From Acanthaster planci (taxonomy: Eukaryota): 64,000 bases of DNA. Of the stretch, positions 49,582 through 60,150 are shown piece by piece. Both the position numbers and the translations under genes were made by a program. The notes beneath the pieces were generated by a model. The model was not told the origin of the DNA. It made no database searches and saw nothing but the letters and a program-made list of their open reading frames with translations. The DNA lies in contig NW_019091355.1 of assembly GCF_001949145.1 (NCBI RefSeq), positions 1,883,107-1,947,106 of the forward strand, written 5' to 3'. Within the stretch, counting starts at the first letter, position 1. Each line of letters begins with the position of its first letter.

Positions 49582-52411
49582 TCACACAGAGGTTGGCCTA
49601 AAGCCCAAGCGGCGATTACTGCGGGCACGGTACGACTGGATGACTGGCCGCGGTAAAGAGAAGCTGGTCGCCACGGCAAAGAAGACGCTTATCAAGTAGT
49701 AAGGTATGCGGTAATTACCTGTCACATCTTTCAAAACACCTGCAAACGAACATGAACCAATTAAGTCAATGCACCAAGAAAAGTGACATGTCCCATAAAC
49801 CAGCGCTCTTCATATTTCTGTACAGATATAAGAAGAAAAATGATATGGTGTGTTCATCAATGGTCAATTCTTTTCTTGGAATATTAAAATTATATTTCTT
49901 ATAAAAACCAAACTTAACCTTGTTCACAAATTGAGAGTACTGATGCCAGCGACTTACCGATGACATAGCCTCCTAGTGTTGTCCCGACGCCTGAACAGAA
50001 TAGAGAGATTCCGAAGGCAACACCGAGGTAGCGTATCCCCACAAGCTCTCGCAAAATGACGGCAACCAGTGAAAAGTAAACGCCACTGCAGAAGCCAACG
50101 GCCGTGGCTGAGGGTATCTTCCCTCTGAACGTGGTCGTTAGGGGGAGAGTTATCGTGGCGGCCAATGAGACCACGAGGGTCAGGGAGTACATCCAAGACG
50201 GTGTGATGTACTTTCGAGTCAGGAACCAGCCATGGGTTAACCTGCCCACCAGACTGCCGATGCCGACGCAGGACAGCAGGAAGGAGGCTTGCTGGGTCGT
50301 CATACCAGACGACACAGCCTGGTTGACGACATGGACGGAGACTCCCGAGTAGCCAGCTGTGTGGAACACGCAGGCGACGAACATGGCAAGCATGGCTGGG
50401 GTGTTGGTCTGCGTGAGTATGGATTTCCGACGGGATGTTCTCCTTGAAGACTTTGAAGTACACCCTCCATCATTCCCAACCTGGATAGCTGAGATCTTTC
50501 TGGAGTCTTCAATTTCAGAGGAAAATTCAGAGATCTCGCTGTCAGATGACTTGTCCTCTCCAGAGCCACCAATGCCCTTACCATCCTGATCAGTAGCAAG
50601 CTGCCCATCATCGAGCCTCCTAACGGCATCGTCATCTTTAAAGTCATTTTGAATCCGTAGACGGGATTTAAACCAGGCAGCTGGTCGGAAGAGCGCCCCC
50701 ATCATCACGACGTTAGCCACAATGGCGGCTTCAATGAGTAGGCTCCCCCTCCAGCCGTAATTCTCGTTCAGATACTCGATCAGCGGCGGAAAGGCGAATA
50801 CCCCTGCGCCTGGCCCCGCGTAAGCGATACCGTTGGCCACCGTGTAGTGTTTATTGTAGAACTCCCCAACTGCTACCACAATCGATACATGAATAATCGA
50901 TCCCCCAAGACCTGCAACATAACGATCAGCCTCGGATCAATCCAGTGATAAATATCTGGATTAAAATTCGCTCACAATTGAAGGTTTCTTCGCAACTGAA
51001 TCAACAGCAAGGTAGAGTGGTTCTTCCCGTACCTAGCTCCTTAACATCAGTTCAGTTTCTGGCGTGGCAGTTAGGTAACTTGATTACCACTTCTTAGTTA
51101 CAGCTTGCATTATACAAGACTATCCATTCTCAATTATTATCTCCAAAATCATCTTATATGGAAGTTTCCTTCCTCAATGATCTAGTAAGTTCAAACACCA
51201 ATACTGCATGCGTAAAAGTTATGAGAAGGACATGTTAGAAGTAAAGAAGTTTATCAAAGGGTTTTCACTGCCAATTTAGAGTTGTTTGCAACAAGACTTA
51301 GTATACCTAGGAAAAATGATTCACGCTTGTTGACGAGGATGGCACGATTATAATGTACAATGATAAGTAGTCTACCTGCGACCAAGCCGAGGCAAGCAAA
51401 GAGATGGTAGACAGAGGAAGCGAAGGAGGCGATGGCAGTGCCACAAGCCAGGAGAGCGCCACCAAGCATGATGGCTCGACGACATCCGATCCTTTTCACT
51501 ACTATGTTGCCCATTGGCCCTACAGAAGAAAACAAGACACACTTTCAATGAAAGCGAAGTCAAGGTTTCATACTTCGAATCCCTCCCGGTCCCTGCCAAA
51601 TCTGACAGCGAGGCTAGCGTTTGGAAGTCCTGGCTGATAGTAAGGCCATCTCTGAGTCTACGTCTCCAGAAACGGCCTGGCTTCCGCACTGACTTTCACG
51701 TATCAAAGGCACAATGTACCGTTTCCAGCCGCAGCCATAACCTAACATGTGCCTGGATAGATTCAGTCATTGACTGGCGGCTTCCATGACATTGCCAGCT
51801 GTAGCCATGATTTAGGGACTCAATTAATGCCCAATGCTTCCAAGTCGGCAATGACGGGGACCTTACGGATATGCAGACATCCTAAACTACATGTAGGCCC
51901 ACTGGCCATTGAGGGAAAAGGTTTGGGATGATAATCGAAACAAATCCGAGTGAACATGCAGTAACTGGAAAATCGAAAGAGGCGAGGAGGGGTTGTTTAT
52001 GACTGGAACTTTGATACGCAACAATTGCCCGTCGATTCAACGCTCAGAGGTCGAGTGGTTAACTCCACCTGTGGTTCTTCAAAAAGGTAACTACGATTTC
52101 TCTCTTTAGCAAAGATTCGGATTGTGTGGACTGAATGGCGCTGGAGGGCAGACATAGTACCTACCTGAAAAATTCTCCACGGCGACGCCTGAGCTGACCA
52201 CCCATCCTAATTGCCCCGATCCTTCTTGAAATTCCATCTGCAGGAGCGGTATGAACGCGCCAAACGTTCCCAGGACGCCGTCGTGCAGCAGGAAAGTAAG
52301 GAACGAGGCGATGACGACCACACGCCCCCACCGAGTGACCCTCAGTCGGCCGCAGCCACGCCCCCTATGAGGGTTCTGTGGGTCACGTCCTCGTGGCGTA
52401 CCTTGGTTCAT
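49582..52411 (-). CDS. SLC16/MCT family MFS transporter (MCT-C), tandem paralog of MCT-B, 4 coding exons, about 500 aa
   Basis: Minus-strand exons 52411-52165, 51519-51376, 50911-49958, 49739-49582 (TGA); total 1503 nt; same intron positions as MCT-B. Motifs RWGRVVVIAS, KRIGCR, FYNKHYTVANG, YGWRGSL, GSLVGRL, KDVTGNY; ends PTSV. Confidence 0.92.
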
Positions 52412-54841
52412 CGCGGTGGTGTTTAGATGTCGCTGGAATGGTAAAATCCAAATGCTGAATGAAAAGAGAAATAAAAAATTCATTCACGTAGCTGATCATG
52501 TTGTTTCTGTTCTTGTTGTTCCTTTTTGCTTCTGGTGGTTGAAAATCTCTCTAATGATGTTTGTTTGATAAAACCGTCTTCTTGATCAAGATATAACAAG
52601 TTCAATTTAGTGCAAAACTTTACAGAAATCTGTGTGTTAGTTCTCAAGCCAGCTCAGACAATCGTCTATAATTACAGTGGGGTTCCATTTTAATCACATT
52701 CTTGAAAATCCAGAAGTCCTACTGCTGAGCTGTGGTTTATTCTCCTAGCAACGGGAATTCACGGGCTTGTAAATTTCTAAGAGCGATGTTCTTCATGACA
52801 GCCATATTAAAATGATTGTCTTTGTATTGCCACGAAATGTTCTTCATGATTTGATAAAATGCTCACTGAAAAAATATGGTTCGTAGTTTATGCTCTGCTC
52901 TGCTCCTGTCGATTAAAAATTGGGAGTTTCGTCTGCCACATTACTCGATCACACTGAAGTGTTGAAGACAGACATGCGAATACCGATAAGTGATAAAGGA
53001 CAAGACTGTAATTGGACGTGGCTTGTATACATTTTTAGAACTGAACTTACCTCCACTACAGGGTGATCTGCAGATGACGCATCTCCAAGCTCTGCCGGAA
53101 CTCATGCAGACAGTAACTCACCTGAAAGGCTATTACGCTGCTTGCTTAACTCCAAATTCTGGTGAAAAAGTTTGAACACTAATCGTTAAGCTGAACACGC
53201 CTTTAAAAGAGCTCGTCATCGTAGAAAGTAAACATTTCCTTCGTATAAAACACCCCGGCTCACGGCATATCGAAACATACCGTGATGCCCACACTTCCCC
53301 TATAAACTGAACGAGCCTGTGCGTACCACTCCGCTGGGCGAAAGGTGTTTTGCAACAACTACAAAGAAAGGCCTAAGAGCGTGCGCACCTGGTCTGCGCA
53401 CCTACCTGTACCACGGCAACATGGTACTGGTCGCTGGATTAGAAACACATTCAATTGTTTTTGATAGCAGACTGAGATGTATAGCTCTTACCGGACAAAC
53501 CTACCAGCAAATCTAGGAAGAGTAAAAAGCACCTTGCGATATACTAAGTGGACTTCAAACTGATAAGCTTTCCACCCGTTTATGACATGTACATTTACAT
53601 GAGGTCTCGATAAGGCTTTGTGTGCTTGAACTACAAGAGCAAAATTAAGATCATTTGTGTGCGTTTAATATGGTTTTTCAGTGGAAAGTCGGGATTCTGA
53701 AAGCGAGCATTACCAAGAACAATCGCACTGTGAACCCAAACCATCTGTAAAGCTATACAGATGGGGTCACAACAGATAACCCCGTCATTATACAAACGTA
53801 GTCCTTCTCACGCAACCCTGCAATGTGTACAATATCCACATCAAATACCCTATCATTGACGGCCTAGGTCGTAGTATACGTAGTATAGAGTCCTCAAAAG
53901 TCTCCATATATTTGCCTCTGCTCTGTCAAGGATGGAGAGATGAAGTATGATGGATGGGGAGAAGTAATCTATATGTACAAGATATCATCTGCCTTGAGGT
54001 TTGCATTAACCGCTGGCAGCTGCGGCTGGTGTAACGGTCTCATTCATCTACCGGACACCACTCCTAACTTTGATTGTAATTAGATCTAGTGGTAATTTCA
54101 TTGCAGTTATTAAAAAGAACCGCAATTTCATTAATCACTTCATCATGATTTTGAAGCAGTGGTGATGACTATGCTGAAACAAAACCAGTCTGCTGATTAC
54201 TGACTAACACAGAGACCCTCCGCGTATCGTGAACATCACTGTATTGAGACCCTTGCTGACATGGGCGTGGCGATCTTCTATGATATGGGTGTCGCTATAG
54301 GGGCAGGCAAAGTGGGCTTACCCTCTCCTCCCGGAAAAAGTGCTTTGCTCCCGGAAAACAATCCCTACCACGCCCTTGCACTAAATAACGATGAGTCAGT
54401 TCTTGTTCTATGATCAGAGGTTGAGATCGACCAGCCATGATCCAGCGACCGTACGCGTCACGCCCCGTGTCTACTGTTTAAATCCCATTAATGGACTCTT
54501 GGGATCGTGCCAAAATGGTTGGATTTGAATAAAATGGAACAGTGAATTTCTGACGGCATCACATCTGCGGTCCATGTCTAGGTGCTGCTGGAAGCATCGT
54601 GTAACAATTCTGTTGAACGTATTCAACAATACTGGAGAGCACTTGGTTTATTTTCCCTTTATCTGTGTACTTGCATCGCAATTAGTGTGATTATTGCATA
54701 AAATACTCAACTTAAGCGTTCCAGAGTCCTCGTCTAACAGTTTTTTGCGCCATAATCTTCTTGATTTGGCTCGATAACCCAGTTTGTTCATTTTCATGAC
54801 GCAATTGTTTACAATGAAGAAACTGCAATGCTATTGTGCAA

Positions 54842-55135
54842 TAGAGTACCGAAGTCTGACGTCACTGTGAACCAGAAAGTGCAGTGCAAACGAATGGAGT
54901 GCGCGCGCGTATTGGTTCACGCGCTGATTCTCGCGCAAATGCCTTTTACACACTAATTGTACGCGTGACATATTCACTTCGATACTCTAGAGTACCGAAG
55001 TGTGACGTCACTGTGAACCAGAAAGTGCAGTGCAAACGAATGGAGTACGCGCGCGTATTGGTTCACGCGCTGATTCTCGCGCTAATGCCTTTTACACACT
55101 AATTGTGCGCGTGACGTTTACACTTCGGTACTCTA
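54842..55135. mobile_element. Head-to-tail dimer of a TA-flanked MITE (146-bp period)
   Basis: Each unit is GAGTACCGAAGT...ACTTCG(G/A)TACTC; units start at 54842 and 54988 and share the central TA. Confidence 0.85.
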
Positions 55136-57850
55136 TATCCCTCATTACGATGCCAGTTTCGAGGTAAGTTAAACTTAAAATTTAAATGCTTCAAGTAAAT
55201 TATTGCACATATTATGCACTACAAGTTTCCTTAAGGGTGTTTTCAAGGGGAAATTTCGGACAGGTATTCTGTGCCTCTTACATAAGTGGTACCGGAAAAA
55301 CACCTCCTCTTATCTATCTTGGCCCTCGTACGAGGAACCTAGCAGTCAAAAACATGGGCTTTGTAATTTGAATACAATAAAACTAGAGAGCCTCTGTCAC
55401 AATTGATGAATGCCGGACTTACAGCTACTTTATTGAACAACAAGGGGTAAAGGGCATATTAGAGTCCTGACGTGCAGGAATGTCGGTCGTTACTTTGATG
55501 TAGTTGGCGGACAGTGGCCCCGCATGGAGTCTGCCTTAGGGCGCCTTTCCACATGCGCGTCAACACTTGCACCAAACGTTTCGCACGGCCAAACGGCACA
55601 CGCGTGTTATGTTTTAATGCAGTCGATTTCTGTGTCTGTGAAAGTGGAAAGCACATGAACGCATCACATACACACAAAAATTATTATGGAAAGGCGCCTT
55701 ATTAACGCGTGCTGAACGTTAAGTTGCTCTTTTAACCAAAGATCGTATCCACCCCGAGCTGAAGTGCACTCCCACTGCAATCCTCGGAAGAAAGATAGGT
55801 GGTTATAAGCGGGCTCTTGCACGCGTTCTGCTTGTACGCAAAGACCATACATGCGGAAGTAAATTAGTTACGCCTACTCGGCGTACTCCGCATCAAACGC
55901 GTCAAACGCTCATGGCGCGTCTATGCGGTGAGTATAAAATCAATGAGATGTCCATTTGAACGATTTTGAGGCCAAATCGATAACCAACAAAAAGCTGATA
56001 ATTTCTGCCAACTTTGGCCAACTAGTTGTAGGCAAAGTAAGAGTGGTTGTATATGGTAAAGAATAATCTCCAGGTTTCGCAGTAGCTCTTGAACCAGTGT
56101 CGGTTTTAAAAAAGACGATGTTTTGTTGATGGCTGCCTGGTCGGACGGAGAATCGCCGCGCTTGGACCATCATCATCAATAGTAAAATCATGGCCGTTGA
56201 AAACGTCTTATTTTGTGTCCTGCATAAGACGTAGTAGGCCCTACACAGTACATGCACACATGATGTTTTGAACCCTGTGAATCGGAACATCAATAATCAT
56301 CAAAAAAGCCTAAACAAGTACGGTTAAAGTTAAGGTCCGCAAAGTTTGATTTACGTTTTTGTCAAGGTAATGCTGATTATCAAGAAAGAAAGATACAATT
56401 TGAGTCACCTAAAAATGAGACACAAACTCATACTTTGACGATTGTTAAACAAGTACTGTTAGGCCGTCAGGACACGTCATCATGTCCAAATCCAAGAGTA
56501 CTTATTTTATGCGGAAGCAGATTCCATGTCTCGGCTCTCCATCCTATTTAATCTGCGCGGATTTTAACTTAATTAAGCAACTCAGAAGTGTACGGTACAT
56601 GTATACATGTACTTGTATACTTTGTCAGTTCCCGACAATGCTATTAATGGGACACATCTGTACAAATTATAAGCTTCTCTCAACTTACCGTGACCGTGAC
56701 ATGTTCTCGCACTCGCAGAATTTATTCACTGTACTCTGTCGGCTACAGTGTATAAATGACCAATCAGAGCGATAGCGCTTCCGTCTGTATATGTCGCTGG
56801 TCCAAACACACTATCCACCTGTCAGCCGCTCACATGGTAAACAACGTGACATTATGCTCACCCGAAGCTCAGTCAGACGAAACTAGTCAGCAGAGGGCTA
56901 GGTTGCACTGCACTAATTCAAGCCAGATTGAAAACGACGTAAAACTTCAACAAAGTGGGAGCCCCGTTGCGGGCAACTGAAATCCCTGAGGCCTCTCAAC
57001 TAAAAAACAGTGTGTTGTCAGGGGTTGTCGGGTCGTTCAAATTTCAATCGATTTTCAAATTTTAGTAGGTTGAACCCAGGAACACACTCACCCTCCAAAT
57101 GTGAACGTTCCCATGTCTCTAAGTAGCCATTTTTCAAACGACATCCCTCCACTTTCTCAGGCTCTTGGGACAATTTTTCAATACCATATTTGTCTGCTTT
57201 GCCCTCGGATGGAAGCGTCTAAGTCTATAGGGAGTTCATCCTGGGCCATATACTTACACAATCTCACAATTTCTTGGCTCACACAGACCCCTCTATTCGA
57301 AAGAATCTGTACGGTACTTTTTAAGTGCCTCCGTCTGGCGGAGAATTTGACTTGGGACAGGGCACCCAGAGCCGAATTCAGCTGACAGAGCTAAAACTGT
57401 TCATCACGGTGTCAGATGAACGAATCAGCTGTGTCAACTTGGTGCACGCAGGAATTGTCGGGGGGGGGGCCTCGGACCGAAATGTACATCCACCCCGAAA
57501 CAGATGTTCGGCTTCACCAGAGCTAAGTAGTTCAAGATGTAAAATGAAAAGTGTATCTTCGTTTTTCGGAAAATTAAGAAACCTGGACAAGATTAGAAGT
57601 CTTATATAGCAAATCCCATGGTAAGCTTCGAAGATTAAAAGGTTCGAAGCAATAATGTTTATGCCCGAGTAGGGTTCTCCATTTTTGAAATATCCTCCGG
57701 CCACGGGAGAGGGTAAAAGGCCCAGACTTTGAGGCTGCATTTTAAAGTTTCTGATATACAGTTCAGTATGATTAGAAGAGTGCGCAGGAGTGCCGACAGC
57801 CCAAGAAGCAACATAATATATAATATTGCAACGTTCAATATGTGCGTTTC

Positions 57851-58006
57851 ACGCGCGCCTCCAAGAGGTTGCAACACGCTGACCAATCACGGTGCGCTAA
57901 CTTTGTCGACCCAATGCGCGTTTGGAAAGGGTCGACAGGTTTCGAGCGTTCTGATTGGCCAACGCGTTTCAAATTCTTGGAAGCGTACTATTGTGAATCG
58001 CCCGTA
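57851..58006. mobile_element. About 175-bp palindromic MITE family, copy 2 (inverted)
   Basis: The central TGCGCGTTTGGAAAGGGTCGACAG is the reverse complement of the copy 1 centre. Confidence 0.8.
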
Positions 58007-60150
58007 CGTTGTAACTTTAGTGAACAACTCGTATCATATGCCATGATGTCAGTGTTGACACTTTGAACTATTTGCTGACGCTGCCGTTTATCCAGGGACT
58101 TCTCTCCCCACGCACGGCAGGTGCATGTTAAGTGGAATGGTGCATGTTAAGTTGCGGTAACAGCTCAATCTTGATTTGTAGCCATTCCGTCTGCAATTTG
58201 CAGTGCGTCGTAGTGAGCACTATACACACGGGTGTTCTTTTTTTGGGGGGGAGGCATGAGGCTAAGTCTCAGCTATATAGGGGGCCAAGGTTGGGGAACG
58301 ATGGATGTATTTTCTAAAATGAAAAGCATGAACACCAACATGTTGCTGTTTGAGACCATGTTCATATCATTCCGAAAGCTTGTGCGTGCAGGATGTTAGT
58401 CGAATCATCAGGATTTCCTCACGCGCACGCCCGGTGGCGGGAAACAGGTGCATTCTGCATCTAAAGTAGGCCGGGGGCCCCGCCATAGTCTCCACCAGCG
58501 CACAACACGTACATAATTATTTTCTTGTATCGGGCGGAAGTCGGCATAGAAGTTCGAGATTGAAACTCAATGCCCCTGACTGGGGGTTCTGACAAAACCA
58601 AAGCTGACAAGACGTACGTTGCTAGTAGGCAAAAGCCTCTAATCGTGCTACACCGACACCAACGACGTGTTTCGTCTATAGAGGGCGGCAAGGCGGATAC
58701 TCGGACAGATTTTGTTGCAACGCATCCCTGTCATATAATGAGGGGATCAAAAGGTAGGGTAGTGTAGTCGGATGGGGTCACGGACACCTCGAGAGCAGCA
58801 CCACGATATCGAGAGACAGCAGCTTACACAAATAGTTGCGCGCGATATCCAGAGTAAATTTGGCTTATTTACACAGATAAGGACTCGATCGGAGGCCTCG
58901 TTGCGTCGAAGAATAGGTCATTGGCTTTTTGACTTGATAAACGTGGCAATTTATAGACCACTGATCTATACACAAATAGACGGATCAAGTTAGCCCCATC
59001 CGCTGCGCACACGCAGCTGGACAATGAGCCAACAGCGCATCCTAAAATTCGAATCGCATCCGAGGTCATTCGAACGCGCGTGCGAGGTCTACCCTATCAG
59101 CGCGGCCCTACGAGGACCCACGTGCGCACTTTGTCCCCGAATGACCTTGGTGTTTTGAATACCGAACTGGCTCGTAAACTCGTGCTCACTCCTTTGCAAT
59201 GTCTACCTGCTGCATGTTCTAGTCACAATGTATGTTTCCACCACTGTAGCTCGAATAGACATGGCGAAGAAACGAGACCTTGTGTCCGTACGATTTAGTC
59301 AAGCAAGCGAAGGAATGTAACAAAAGTGTTAAGCTACGAGTCTATGAAGAAACGAGATAAGGAACACGACATGCGTTTAAAGGAGAAATTAAAACAATTT
59401 CTGACAATGCTCAGTGTGAGATATTCGATTGATGTGACATCGGCCACTAAAAAAACACTTTAACGAACAATCAGATTTTTTATGACATCCAACAGAAAAG
59501 ATATCGCGTGTTCGAACATGTAAATGCAAGCACAAGCAGCATGGTTTGCCTTTATCGATCATAACCACAGTTAACGTGCACGCGTGTCCATAATGATTAG
59601 TAACGACAGTCACATTACTAAGTTACAGTATCAATAATCATAATAATCCGCAGATAATACTGGCACTTGATGCTAAATTACTAAGCTACAGCTCCTTACT
59701 CAGCTGGTCGGCATTATGTCGAACGTAATTTCACCTCAAGACAGATTTCGGCAAGGTATGTACAATAATTAAGTAACCGACCACTCTAAAAAAGGGGGGG
59801 CTAGCAGTTTACATGAGGCACAAAGTTTCATAGTGTAATATTAAAAGGTGATGGCCTATACTCAGTGCAGGATTTGAAAAAAATCAAAATTTCATTAGGT
59901 TATATTTGAAATGACCCTCCAGACAAACCCAAATATCTCCAAAATCATAATACATAGATTTAAAAAAATCGTTTCTCTTCGTTGAAGAGGAAAAAGCGGG
60001 AACTTGGCGATATGAGGGAAGTAATCTGCCAGGCCTTAATTTTTGCATGCATGCCAATGTCAGCATTCCAATCACGCCCACCTCGACCTCAGGATTCTGA
60101 GGAACAAAGGAGATGGCCAGCCGGCTTGTGCTTTGCAGGCGACCGTTCTC

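Noticed and set aside
53000..60000. Additional gene between MCT-C and the MS4A-like gene
   Set aside because: I found only short ORFs and repeats with no phase-consistent exon chain; non-coding 5' exons of MCT-C may lie near 53050-53410 but cannot be fixed from sequence alone.
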